A DNA stretch of 64,000 bases. Origin: a virus. Taxonomy: Duplodnaviria > Caudoviricetes. The DNA lies in the IMG/VR virus record IMGVR_UViG_3300031555_004710, positions 64,001 to 128,000 of that record; one strand, given 5' to 3'. The translations under genes were made by a program, and so were the position numbers. Below, piece by piece: positions 36,493 to 46,034 of this stretch (its first letter is position 1; each line of letters starts with the position of its first letter). The notes under the pieces were generated by a model. It was given only the letters and a program-made list of their open reading frames with translations, searched no databases and was not told the DNA's origin.

Positions 36493-37680
36493 GTGAACGA
36501 TATGAAAAATTTAAATATTTTAATTCTTTATAAAGATAAGAGAAGTAAAATAATTGATGCTAAAAAGATAAAGAAATTTAATTTATCTGATAGAAATATT
36601 AAAATTATTTTTATTCCACTATATGATAACCCAAACACATATATTCCGATAAAACCTAATCAACTATTTAATTTTAATAAAGTACATGTTGATATATCAT
36701 ATCAAGCATTCATGTACGATTATGAAGAAGAAACTGGTGTATCATTTGATATTCAAAATTTTAGTAAAACTTGTGATAATATTATCGATTTTATAAATGC
36801 AATTTATAATCTATATAAATTTAGAGGAGTTACTTTATATTTAGAAAATTCATATCAAATGACAACTTCACAATCTTCAAATCTTATAATGGTGCCTAGA
36901 GAAATAAACATTAAATTCTATGATAAAAATAATTGTATCTGTAATAAAATAGAATCTGGTTTAATGGATGATTTATCAGATTATCATTATACAGTTTTTA
37001 GAAAGACTCCACCTGCATATATTTGTGAAGATAGATTAAACTGTCTAAAAGATATTATGTATGTGCCAGATGATATTGATGGAAGTTGCTCACCTGATAC
37101 TGAAAAATTACCATTATGCATTCAGCTAGTAGATGATAATACTTGGAAAACAGTAAAGAAAAGTAGTAATTTATTAAATAGTGATTATATTTTATATAAG
37201 ATTCCAGATTTTGAAGTATACTATTTGATGGAGTATGGATTATATTTAGAACTTTTACATTTTGAAAGATTTGATATTAATTTTATTAGTACTCCTATAG
37301 ATACTTCAGTAATGGATGAAAACTATCTTCCAAGTATTGATAAAAATAAAATTCCATCATTATTTGAAAAGCAAGAAGCATATGAAGCATTCTATGATGC
37401 TAGATTATTTAGTATAGTTAATGCCGAAGTTATAATATGCTCTGCAGATACTCTTATTGAATCAATTATATTCTTTAGTACAATAATGAGTTATATTAAA
37501 TACTTTGGAATATACTGTTATGCGAGTAATTCAAGCTTTATAAAGATAAAGAATTTTGCAATATTTAATAGAGATTGCTGTGGAGAATTTAGAGATAATA
37601 TTGTATTAACTGATTTAGAGTTAGATTATGATTCGGTCAATAATACATTCTTAAGAATGATTACAGGAGGTAAGTATTAA
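36493..37680 (+). CDS. hypothetical protein
   Basis: 395-aa ORF. Confidence 0.75.
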   Translation: MNDMKNLNILILYKDKRSKIIDAKKIKKFNLSDRNIKIIFIPLYDNPNTYIPIKPNQLFNFNKVHVDISYQAFMYDYEEETGVSFDIQNFSKTCDNIIDFINAIYNLYKFRGVTLYLENSYQMTTSQSSNLIMVPREINIKFYDKNNCICNKIESGLMDDLSDYHYTVFRKTPPAYICEDRLNCLKDIMYVPDDIDGSCSPDTEKLPLCIQLVDDNTWKTVKKSSNLLNSDYILYKIPDFEVYYLMEYGLYLELLHFERFDINFISTPIDTSVMDENYLPSIDKNKIPSLFEKQEAYEAFYDARLFSIVNAEVIICSADTLIESIIFFSTIMSYIKYFGIYCYASNSSFIKIKNFAIFNRDCCGEFRDNIVLTDLELDYDSVNNTFLRMITGGKY

Positions 37681-38676
37681 ATGTCTATATTACAAACTAA
37701 TTTAAAAGAAATTAAGTGCTTTAAAATTGATAATTATCGAAAAATTATAAAAACCTCTTTACAGGACATCGATAACTCAGACAATGATTCTACTGTCTTA
37801 GTAGAAATGAACTTCTTTGGAATTAATCAAGTATATTCCCTCATGAATATTAATAAAATAAAGAAATTCGTTTCTAAAATAAAAGACATCCGAGATATTG
37901 GTAATATGCTATCATTGAGTAGAGTTATTGAAGATTCTCCAATTGAAGAAGGAATAAATCTAAAAACTAGAAGTATTTATTTAAATGAATTGAATCATAT
38001 TGATTGGATATCAATTTATCAATTAAATATTATTTTAGAAGGAATGAATTGTATATCTGATTTAGATATACAATATGATTTACAAATAGGTAAATATTTA
38101 GACCTTCCAACTATAAATTTATCTAAATTGGATTTCTCTCCAGATGAAGATATTAATTATAAATATATCTTTAGGTTTAATGATAATAGTTGTAGATTCT
38201 CTAATGAACTTTCTGAGTACTCAATAGATAATGAAAACCTTATCGGGATATTTATATATCTGAAAGAATTTAATTGCTGGCAGTATCTTTCTAAAAAGAG
38301 GTTTAAGACCTTAAATTATCCTAATAGTATTGAGATTAAATATGCCATAACTGATAGCCCTAGATGCTTTTCTAAAATTGGATATCATAACTTATATTCA
38401 ATAAGTGATTTTTATAATCTACTACTATATTCTATATATTTACCTGTGGATATTTATTTTAAGAAAGAATTTGAAGATTTACAGTATAAGATATCAAATA
38501 AAATATATGATGCTTTAGAAATCAGTGTCAGTTTTGAAAATTATACTACCACTGTATTATTAACTCATGATGAATTAGGTATTGATAATATTACTCAGAA
38601 TACTGGAATTTTGTATATGGATAAATTTTGGTTATTAAAATTGATTAATAATATCATTTGCTTAAAACCTTATTAA
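37681..38676 (+). CDS. hypothetical protein
   Basis: 331-aa ORF, GGAGG SD, abuts previous stop. Confidence 0.8.
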   Translation: MSILQTNLKEIKCFKIDNYRKIIKTSLQDIDNSDNDSTVLVEMNFFGINQVYSLMNINKIKKFVSKIKDIRDIGNMLSLSRVIEDSPIEEGINLKTRSIYLNELNHIDWISIYQLNIILEGMNCISDLDIQYDLQIGKYLDLPTINLSKLDFSPDEDINYKYIFRFNDNSCRFSNELSEYSIDNENLIGIFIYLKEFNCWQYLSKKRFKTLNYPNSIEIKYAITDSPRCFSKIGYHNLYSISDFYNLLLYSIYLPVDIYFKKEFEDLQYKISNKIYDALEISVSFENYTTTVLLTHDELGIDNITQNTGILYMDKFWLLKLINNIICLKPY

Positions 38677-38691
38677 TAAGAGGTGATTAGC

Positions 38692-38859
38692 ATGAGTGAA
38701 AAGAAAAACTTTTCTGATGAAATGCTAAAAGATTACATTTCATCAGAAATTTCAATTATTAAAAAAGAAAAAGAGGATAAATCAAATTGGAAATTAAATG
38801 AAGATTTTCATTCTCAATTAACTATTCGTAAGGAAGAAGGTGACTGTGATGTATCATAA
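38692..38859 (+). CDS. small hypothetical protein (55 aa, not in ORF track)
   Basis: GAGGTGA SD; MSEKKNFSDEMLKDY...; fills operon gap. Confidence 0.6.
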   Translation: MSEKKNFSDEMLKDYISSEISIIKKEKEDKSNWKLNEDFHSQLTIRKEEGDCDVS

Positions 38860-39358
38860 ATCCCCAATGGAAAAATTTAATAAAAATAATCCATATATAA
38901 TAATTGCTAAAAAGGTTTATGACTCAATTATAGACAAAATTCAGATTTTTGGAAAACTCTGTGTGCTTTCAACTATTATATTTATAATTGCTCAATGTAT
39001 AATAACAAGTGTACTTATAATAAATATGATTTTTAATAAGCAGTATTTATTTAATATAATTGCGATAATAATATTATTTCTATCACATGTAAGTTATATT
39101 ATTAGCATAAGAAATAAAATACAGTATTTTATATCATCGAGTCCAGCAATTAAAGAGTTTAGTCGAATTTCTGAATTAGAAGTCAATGATATCCTTGCAT
39201 TGAATAATGAAGATGTTTTAAAATGTGTGCATGGTTTATACGAGTTACGAGGAGAGCTAACTACTACTAATAAATTCTACAATTTTATGTTTTATGTAAA
39301 TATTGGTATTGAAGTAGTTCTTTTAATATTTATTATAATAATCTTATTAGGAATATAA
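38840..39358 (+). CDS. membrane protein (about 3 TM segments)
   Basis: long hydrophobic stretches. Confidence 0.75.
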   Translation: MTVMYHKSPMEKFNKNNPYIIIAKKVYDSIIDKIQIFGKLCVLSTIIFIIAQCIITSVLIINMIFNKQYLFNIIAIIILFLSHVSYIISIRNKIQYFISSSPAIKEFSRISELEVNDILALNNEDVLKCVHGLYELRGELTTTNKFYNFMFYVNIGIEVVLLIFIIIILLGI

Positions 39359-39377
39359 ATGGAAGGAGTGAAAAATA

Positions 39378-39908
39378 ATGACTGGTTTACCATTACTAAA
39401 TGCATTAGATGCTAAATATAAGGGTTCGTTTACATTAATGAATGCAATAAACGATTCTTTAATATCTGAAAATGTGGAAAAATTCTATGTTCCTCAAGTA
39501 GAAATTAAAAGTTCAATATTTATTAAAAAAGATGAAAGTATTGCAATTACACCTACAGGACCTAGAAGAATAAGATTTGTATATTTAAATCCTCAGGGAA
39601 AAAATCTTACAAATCCAGATTCATCATTTATTCAAATAGCCCCAAGTCGTAAAGGATTTCTTGCTAGACTTAGTATATCTAGAAATACTTATACTGCAGT
39701 AAATTTAGAGTTGGACTATTTTATAGATATTGAAAATATTAAGTATAAAATAGATAGTGTAATGATGAGTGAAAATAATGAGATTCTTTTAAGAGATGTA
39801 TTAAAGTTTGATAATTTGGATTTTAACGAATATTCAAAAATTAATTTCGATCCATTGATAAAAGATTTCATTATCCACAAAGAAGAATTATTCGAAATGT
39901 ATTTTTAA
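39378..39908 (+). CDS. hypothetical protein
   Basis: 176 aa, AAGGAG SD. Confidence 0.8.
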   Translation: MTGLPLLNALDAKYKGSFTLMNAINDSLISENVEKFYVPQVEIKSSIFIKKDESIAITPTGPRRIRFVYLNPQGKNLTNPDSSFIQIAPSRKGFLARLSISRNTYTAVNLELDYFIDIENIKYKIDSVMMSENNEILLRDVLKFDNLDFNEYSKINFDPLIKDFIIHKEELFEMYF

Positions 39909-39914
39909 ATAAAA

Positions 39915-39950
39915 AAAATAAGAAGAGGTTTTTATACCTCTTCTTATTTT
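39915..39950. terminator. bidirectional terminator
   Basis: AAAATAAGAAGAGGT/ACCTCTTCTTATTTT. Confidence 0.85.
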
Positions 39951-39957
39951 TATGCCA

Positions 39958-40125
39958 TTAGATGGCAGCTGGGTCTACAAGTTCTTCTACACAATCGTCG
40001 CAGCATTCAAGACAGCATTCTTTATTAGCTTTAACGTCTTTGATTGCTGAAACAGTTGTAGCAATAGCACCTGCTACTGTTACACCCATAAGGATTTTTG
40101 TTGTTAATGATACGTTTTCGAACAT
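39958..40125 (-). CDS. small single-TM protein with Cys-rich acidic tail (55 aa, not in ORF track)
   Basis: AAGGAGG SD; MFENVSLTTKILMGVTVAGAIATTVSAIKDVKANKECCLECCDDCVEELVDPAAI. Confidence 0.75.
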   Translation of the reverse strand: MFENVSLTTKILMGVTVAGAIATTVSAIKDVKANKECCLECCDDCVEELVDPAAI

Positions 40126-40213
40126 TGTCATGTCCTCCTTTATTAAAATTATTTTTTCTCCCCTCCAATAGAAGAGGTTTTACATTATTGTGGAATACGA
40201 ATTATTTTTTTAA

Positions 40214-40438
40214 TTAGAATTCGATAACTTCTGCAGCAGCATCAGTAGCTTCTTCTATAGAAGAAGCTATCTGTTCTACTCCATCGGTTACATCTTCAAG
40301 TAATACAGCTTCGTTTTCGATTTCTTTAATTTCTTTGAAATCTCTTGCTGCACTAATTGCAGTTCCAATTCCTAACAGAATTGTCATTCCACCAATCACC
40401 TTTGTACGATTACTAAATTTGCTACCAATGTTTTTCAT
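40214..40438 (-). CDS. small single-TM protein with acidic tail
   Basis: AAGGAGG SD before ATG 40438; TKVIGGMTILLGIGTAISAARD. Confidence 0.7.
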   Translation of the reverse strand: MKNIGSKFSNRTKVIGGMTILLGIGTAISAARDFKEIKEIENEAVLLEDVTDGVEQIASSIEEATDAAAEVIEF

Positions 40439-40626
40439 TTGAGTTTCCTCCTTAAATTTTTTTAGTTTATTTGGTTTTTCTTTTAGCACATATAAAGTTG
40501 CTATTAACTGAGCTCTATTTAATGTAGTCAATACATTATCGGTCTTTTTCTCTATTCTAGAGATGTCTGACAATAGAGCAATGTTTGTCAGACCAGACAT
40601 GATTGCGGTTGCTGCTAATAGTTTAT

Positions 40627-40860
40627 TTATCCCATATCTATTATCACCCCCTCAGATGTTTCAGGTGTATCTTGAATATTATTAGCAATATCATTAGATA
40701 ATGATTTTGCAGCATCAATTCCTTCTTTAACCTGTTTTGCAGTATTGACAATTGTTTTAGAGTTAGCAATTAATTTTATTATTGTGCCTATTAATGTAGG
40801 TGCACTAAATCCTACAACTGCTGCAACCCCTAAACATTTTGGTGCTTTCTTTTCGAACAT
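40627..40860 (-). CDS. small membrane-associated protein
   Basis: 77 aa, GGGGG SD, hydrophobic N-half. Confidence 0.7.
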   Translation of the reverse strand: MFEKKAPKCLGVAAVVGFSAPTLIGTIIKLIANSKTIVNTAKQVKEGIDAAKSLSNDIANNIQDTPETSEGVIIDMG

Positions 40861-41042
40861 TATAATGTCCCCCTTTTTATTAATTTTTATTTGGTTAACC
40901 TAAATTTGTCTATAACCTTCACAAAAATAATACACCATTAAATTTCGCTAATTATACGCAAAATATATCACTTATATTATAGCCAAGAACAAATCTATTA
41001 ATACAAGCAAACTATGTTGCCTTAATGTGAGGTGAATTTAAT

Positions 41043-41684
41043 ATGAATATTCCAAATATAACTTATAATGGTAATCTTGCAAAGAATATTTCTGCCGAAG
41101 ATGACTATTATGAATCGATATCATACTTTAAAACAATTGAAGACTTTATAGATGAAGCTAGTTACTCTAAATTTGTGAAAGCTGTTGAAAATTTAGTTAG
41201 AACTAGTAATGATTATAAAGTATTTATTAATTATATTAAAAATACACTAGGTTTAGACTTTTGCCAAGTGTTTTCGAAAATCTTTGATGGTGTCGATGCA
41301 AGTGTAGAATTTCATCATGGGCCTATCTTTACGTTATATGATATATGTGAAGTGGAACTTACAAAATTTATTCAGACTGGTCAGCGAATAAACACCTTTA
41401 GAGTAGCTGATTCTGTATTAGATTTACATTTTGCTATGAAGGTTAATGGAGTTTTATTATGTAAAACGGCACATGAAATGGTTCATGAGCAAGATGTGTT
41501 TATAAATATTAATCAATCAATTGGTGATGTTAATACTTATATTAAAGAAAATGGAAGATATTTTACACCAGAAGTAAAATATAAAATATGGACATATTTA
41601 AATATGTGCGAATCCAATGATAGTTTTGATAAAGGTGGTCTTGATTTATCTATAGTCAAAACTTATGTTAAACCTATAGGTTAA
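41043..41684 (+). CDS. HNH-like motif protein (paralog of 49058-49780)
   Basis: VEFHHGPIFTLYDI...LCKTAHEMVH. Confidence 0.6.
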   Translation: MNIPNITYNGNLAKNISAEDDYYESISYFKTIEDFIDEASYSKFVKAVENLVRTSNDYKVFINYIKNTLGLDFCQVFSKIFDGVDASVEFHHGPIFTLYDICEVELTKFIQTGQRINTFRVADSVLDLHFAMKVNGVLLCKTAHEMVHEQDVFININQSIGDVNTYIKENGRYFTPEVKYKIWTYLNMCESNDSFDKGGLDLSIVKTYVKPIG

Positions 41685-41689
41685 AAAGT

Positions 41690-41722
41690 ATAAATCTAGA
41701 GTATTTAGTACTCTAGATTTAT
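41690..41722 (+). terminator. intrinsic terminator
   Basis: ATAAATCTAGAGTA/TACTCTAGATTTAT. Confidence 0.75.
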
Positions 41723-41784
41723 TTTATTTGAATAAATAAATAAGATAAATAAATTAAATAACCTTTTGAAAGGATGAATTAATT

Positions 41785-42204
41785 ATGGAAAAAATGACTC
41801 CTCAAGATTATATTGAAGTAGAAGCTGCAATGGAATCTGTTTTAGATACAGCAATGGAAAATGTAAGATATAATGTGTTAGATGCTAAGACTAGAGATTC
41901 TCTTCCAGATGATGCTTTTGCTATTGTATTCACAGATGGAGATGGAAAAAGACAAAGAAAATATCCAATGCGAGTTAAGAACGATCCTGAAGCTACAGAG
42001 AAATTAATAACTAAAGCGGTTACTTATTTCCATTTCTGCCGTCCAGACTGGAAGCCTGAATTAGCTAAGGCAATTCTTAAAGCACTTAAATCTGAGAAAG
42101 TAAAGATTACTATTAGTAGAAGATCTCAGTTATTTAAATATATTAATGAGAAAGATCTTCCTATAACTGTAACTGTTACTTCACAAATCCCTGAAAAGAA
42201 ATAA
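41785..42204 (+). CDS. hypothetical protein, possible head protein
   Basis: N-terminal AME motifs; LDAKTRDSLPDDAFA...RKYP motif. Confidence 0.6.
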   Translation: MEKMTPQDYIEVEAAMESVLDTAMENVRYNVLDAKTRDSLPDDAFAIVFTDGDGKRQRKYPMRVKNDPEATEKLITKAVTYFHFCRPDWKPELAKAILKALKSEKVKITISRRSQLFKYINEKDLPITVTVTSQIPEKK

Positions 42205-42205
42205 T

Positions 42206-42237
42206 AAATAAGCTAGTGAGTAATCACTAGCTTATTT
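42206..42237. terminator. bidirectional terminator
   Basis: AAATAAGCTAGTGA/TCACTAGCTTATTT. Confidence 0.8.
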
Positions 42238-42242
42238 TAAAA

Positions 42243-42926
42243 CTACTCTTCTACTGTAGTTTCTACAGATTCGGGAGCTACTTCATCTATCTTTTCAATA
42301 GATTCTTTAACTTCAATAGCAAGTTCATAACGATATACACCAAGTAATGCTGAGATAGGTAAGGATATTTTTCTGATATCTCTAACCCCATGATTTGATA
42401 TATATCTTGTAAATGCTATCTTACCATTATCAGAATCAACATCTGTGATGTGACCATAATATGAACGAGATTTCTTGTTCGGTTCATTTATATCTTTAAC
42501 CGCAAGAGAAACGAATTCACCAGCATTTACTGTAATACGATATTTTGAAGAATACTTTTCAGTATCGAATGCAAATGTGAAAGATTTTTCTTCATCAATA
42601 TCTTTATTGCGATTTGAATTTGTAGATTTTACATATTTACTAATAATAGGTATAATATCTGTTACTGTATCAAGATCAATAAGAAGCTTTTCAGCATCTT
42701 TAATTACATATTTTGTACCAGCATTTAATAACACTTTAGCAACAATATAATTTTTGTTTTCTTCTGTTTTGATTCCTGAAACCGAAACGTTATATGTTTC
42801 TCCATTAGAAACGATAGCGTATTCAGCGTTTACACGAAGTTCTGTATCTTTATGTTCATTACCATTTAAATCGACATAAGATACTTTCCAGTTACGAGGT
42901 ACATAAACCATTTTTTGTTTAGACAT
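42243..42926 (-). CDS. hypothetical protein
   Basis: 227 aa, AAGGAG SD. Confidence 0.8.
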   Translation of the reverse strand: MSKQKMVYVPRNWKVSYVDLNGNEHKDTELRVNAEYAIVSNGETYNVSVSGIKTEENKNYIVAKVLLNAGTKYVIKDAEKLLIDLDTVTDIIPIISKYVKSTNSNRNKDIDEEKSFTFAFDTEKYSSKYRITVNAGEFVSLAVKDINEPNKKSRSYYGHITDVDSDNGKIAFTRYISNHGVRDIRKISLPISALLGVYRYELAIEVKESIEKIDEVAPESVETTVEE

Positions 42927-43146
42927 AAGACATATCTCCTTTTTAGTATTTTATTTTTTTTTTGTATAGCATAAAGCTATAATATTAAGTATTAAAAGTA
43001 TTATAAATCTTAATATTATATTATTTCATTAATAAAATAATATGCATTTCGACTTAATCAATTATTTTAAAATCTATAAATTTATAAACTCATATAATAA
43101 AAATACTAAAAAAATATATATTATAATAATGAAAGGGTTGATAGTA

Positions 43147-43305
43147 ATGAAATACATTCCTATTTGGTATAATCAGGAGACGGTAGTAAAAGAAGATGCT
43201 CCAATTGAGGCGGCTAGCATGGAAGAAGCTAGAGATAAAGCATATATTAAATATAATGGAAACCCTCCAGCGCCTTTATTATCATTAAAGGAAGTGGGGT
43301 GTTAA
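43147..43305 (+). CDS. small hypothetical protein
   Basis: start re-placed at ATG 43147 after TATATTAT (43117) and AAGGG; IEAASMEEARDKA motif. Confidence 0.65.
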   Translation: MKYIPIWYNQETVVKEDAPIEAASMEEARDKAYIKYNGNPPAPLLSLKEVGC

Positions 43306-43307
43306 TA

Positions 43308-43703
43308 ATGGTTGATGCTATTGATTACATTATGATAGTAGTTACATTTGCATTAATACTTGCAATGTTGTATTTTACAGCGGATAATTTCTTTAAAAGA
43401 ATTTATATACCATATAAAAAACAAATTATCGATTTGAATTTTGATTCGGCATTATTTATTCTTAAGACAATTATCAATAGTGAATTAGAAGCATATGAGA
43501 ATGATGTCTTTTTAAGTAAAGGAAGTATCACAAATTCAAATTTTGATAATTACTATAAAGATATAACTAGAAAGATTATTAAAAATATTTCTCCAGCTTT
43601 AATAAGTCATCTATCTCTATATATAACTGAGGATATGATATATACTATAGTTGCTAGAGCTGTTAAGAAATTTTTAACAGAAAAAATTACTGGCACAATT
43701 TAA
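43308..43703 (+). CDS. N-terminally membrane-anchored hypothetical protein
   Basis: hydrophobic N-terminus. Confidence 0.75.
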   Translation: MVDAIDYIMIVVTFALILAMLYFTADNFFKRIYIPYKKQIIDLNFDSALFILKTIINSELEAYENDVFLSKGSITNSNFDNYYKDITRKIIKNISPALISHLSLYITEDMIYTIVARAVKKFLTEKITGTI

Positions 43704-43717
43704 ATAAAAAAATAATA

Positions 43718-43789
43718 GTAAGATGACGGGAGTCGAACCCGCAACCTCCGGGAAAGCCCCGGCGCTCTACCACCTGAAGCTACATCTGT
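43718..43789 (-). tRNA. atypical tRNA-like gene (collapsed anticodon loop, no CCA; at best pseudo-Lys CTT)
   Basis: D arm GCTT/GAGC with TGG; T arm GCGGG-TTCGACT-CCCGT; anticodon stem CCGGG/CCCGG with 5-nt loop GCTTT; acceptor stem only 5 bp. Confidence 0.7.
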
Positions 43790-43805
43790 ATTACTATTCA
43801 CAATA

Positions 43806-43813
43806 ATAATATA
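43806..43813 (-). promoter_or_regulatory. early-type promoter TATATTAT for tRNA-like gene
   Basis: motif between upstream terminator and tRNA-like 5' end. Confidence 0.5.
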
Positions 43814-43840
43814 CTAATGAAAATTTATAATAATACGATA

Positions 43841-43873
43841 AAAAAAGAAGGAACATAACGTTCCTTCTTTTTT
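43841..43873. terminator. intrinsic terminator
   Basis: AAAAAAGAAGGAAC/GTTCCTTCTTTTTT. Confidence 0.8.
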
Positions 43874-44610
43874 TAAAATGTCTTTTTATAAGCCTTGTGC
43901 CACTTCTCAATTAATTCTGCAACGAGTAAATAATCTGTAGTGTGGTATTCTATAATATTTTCATAAATCCATTTTTTGAATTCTTTAAGGTTTCCAACGA
44001 AGTCATATCGGTGACACGCAATTGATAGCTTTCTATCACTATTTCTAAAAATGACTACATTCGCTCTATCTGGTAAGAAATTTGCTATTTCACGATAATG
44101 ATTGCGACTAAATATTTCAGCATTATTGGATATCATAAAATCCCCTCCAAGTCTAAGATCTCCACCAATTTTTGCGTCCCCATATATTTTTGTATTACCA
44201 AATATTGCTACATCCCCTTGTATATAGGCGTTATCATATATTCTAGCAACTCCATATATATTAGAAGTTCCCATAACAGATCCATCACCATGAATCCAAG
44301 CGTTCCCATGAATTTTTGCTTGCTGTGATATTTTAGCATTTTCATAAATGAATGCACGTTCAAATATCTTTGCAGAATCTATTATTAATGCATTTCCACT
44401 TACTTTTGCATTATCAAATACTTCAGCATCTTTAGCAACCCAGCAAGTTCCATTATGGCTTAGATTTTCTTCATTTTCAATCCATCCACCAAGGTCTCCC
44501 GCTGTTACTCCATATGTAAAGCATTTAAAATCTTTTAAAGCTTTTATTCTATATAAAGTTTTTCCGTACTCATTGACTTTAGTTTCATTAGTTAATTCAT
44601 ATTTTAACAT
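43873..44610 (-). CDS. left-handed beta-helix (hexapeptide repeat) phage protein
   Basis: KYELT..TLYRIKAL..GDLGGWIE..NL followed by (A/G)xIxGN-type hexapeptide repeats. Confidence 0.85.
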   Translation of the reverse strand: MLKYELTNETKVNEYGKTLYRIKALKDFKCFTYGVTAGDLGGWIENEENLSHNGTCWVAKDAEVFDNAKVSGNALIIDSAKIFERAFIYENAKISQQAKIHGNAWIHGDGSVMGTSNIYGVARIYDNAYIQGDVAIFGNTKIYGDAKIGGDLRLGGDFMISNNAEIFSRNHYREIANFLPDRANVVIFRNSDRKLSIACHRYDFVGNLKEFKKWIYENIIEYHTTDYLLVAELIEKWHKAYKKTF

Positions 44611-44642
44611 TTGTATCAAGTCCTTTCATCTCATTTAAAAAT

Positions 44643-44679
44643 AAATAAGAGAAGATAATGATATTATCTTCTCTTATTT
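44643..44679. terminator. intrinsic terminator
   Basis: AAATAAGAGAAGATAAT/ATTATCTTCTCTTATTT. Confidence 0.75.
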
Positions 44680-45432
44680 TGCAATTGCTTTTAATGTTGG
44701 TAAGAATATCTTAGTATAATTATATCCTATATCAGTACATTCGATCATATCTTCATCAATCTCATCCATCATTATTTCGTTTCCATAAAGATTTACTCTG
44801 AATTTTGAAGATGATGTAAATTCTCGATATGCATTAAATGGTAGCTGCCTATTCTTATATGCTAAAGAATATTCTTTCATGAATTGATTAAGTTCTACCC
44901 AATTATTGCTTTCTTGCATCATAGTTGATATAAATGCCAGAGTTCCATCTTCATGTAACGACAATACTTCATCAGAAATACCTTTAACATCAATTATATC
45001 TTTTGAATAATAGAATTCATAATTTGGTATTAGTAGACAACCTGTATATGAATTCTTTTTAATAAATTTGACAGCGCCATTTCCAAATTCATTATATTTA
45101 ATATTTTTATTCTTAATAAAGACTGCATCTTTCTTAATAGATATTATATCAGTTTCATATTCCAGCATATTTACATTAATGAATTCTTCTATAATATCAG
45201 TAAAAGCTTTTTCAAGAGCAGTAGCAAACTCTCGATTTTTCTTAATTAACATACCAACTGATACTTCCCTATCTCTCTTGTCCATTTTTTCAAATTTTGA
45301 TATTAATTTTGGACTTGCTAAGTTATAATATTTCATTAGTGAAGTATTAGCAGAACGAATATCCCACTCCTCAATCATTTCATGATGTATGAATGGGATA
45401 TTTGTATTTGTTTTATTAATACTCATCGTCAT
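44674..45432 (-). CDS. small DNA polymerase B palm-like protein
   Basis: motif A-like EWDIRSANTSL, motif C-like SIKKDAVF, downstream VKGI. Confidence 0.55.
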   Translation of the reverse strand: MTMSINKTNTNIPFIHHEMIEEWDIRSANTSLMKYYNLASPKLISKFEKMDKRDREVSVGMLIKKNREFATALEKAFTDIIEEFINVNMLEYETDIISIKKDAVFIKNKNIKYNEFGNGAVKFIKKNSYTGCLLIPNYEFYYSKDIIDVKGISDEVLSLHEDGTLAFISTMMQESNNWVELNQFMKEYSLAYKNRQLPFNAYREFTSSSKFRVNLYGNEIMMDEIDEDMIECTDIGYNYTKIFLPTLKAIAK

Positions 45433-45997
45433 CCTGAAGGAATTTTAATTCATGTTTCTTTTCAATCTTTTTTGTTAATTGATCAATTTCCTTCATTTCC
45501 TTTGGAGATAATAATTTCTTTAAACTTTTAATATCTTCGTCGAGAGTATCCTGAGAGTATATAAATTCAAAATCAACGTCTGCGATTTTATTCATCTTTT
45601 TAATTATCTTCTTTCCAAGATATTTATACACAATATTTGGAAGAACTATAAAGATATTAAGCGGTGAATTTTGTCCATTTGCAATTAAAGCTTTGAAGGC
45701 TACATTGACTGCAACGATAAAACTTTTATCTTTAATAAACTGCTTAATTTCCTTTTCTAATTTATCTGAATTTACTTCATCACCACGCTTAAGCTTTCTA
45801 AGCATTCCATAGAGTTTCACTTCTGGGCAGAACCCTCCAACCGAGTGTGCTCTATTAAACTTTGTAGCAATTGCTACTGTATCATTTGATCTTCCAGTTA
45901 CAGCAAAATTTTCTCCATCCAATATAAAGTATGGATTATATTCTGCCATCTTTTCAATTTTCTTTTTAAAGAATTTTTGATTCATTACGTAAATCAT
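45416..45997 (-). CDS. hypothetical protein
   Basis: 193 aa, AAGGAG SD. Confidence 0.8.
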   Translation of the reverse strand: MIYVMNQKFFKKKIEKMAEYNPYFILDGENFAVTGRSNDTVAIATKFNRAHSVGGFCPEVKLYGMLRKLKRGDEVNSDKLEKEIKQFIKDKSFIVAVNVAFKALIANGQNSPLNIFIVLPNIVYKYLGKKIIKKMNKIADVDFEFIYSQDTLDEDIKSLKKLLSPKEMKEIDQLTKKIEKKHELKFLQDDDEY

Positions 45998-46034
45998 TAT
46001 TTGTAACTCCTTTTTTACTTAATTATAATAATTA

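Noticed and set aside
39962-40171. 69-aa plus-strand ORF in the track
   Set aside because: The opposite-strand 55-aa ORF has a perfect AAGGAGG SD and a paralog; this one has neither
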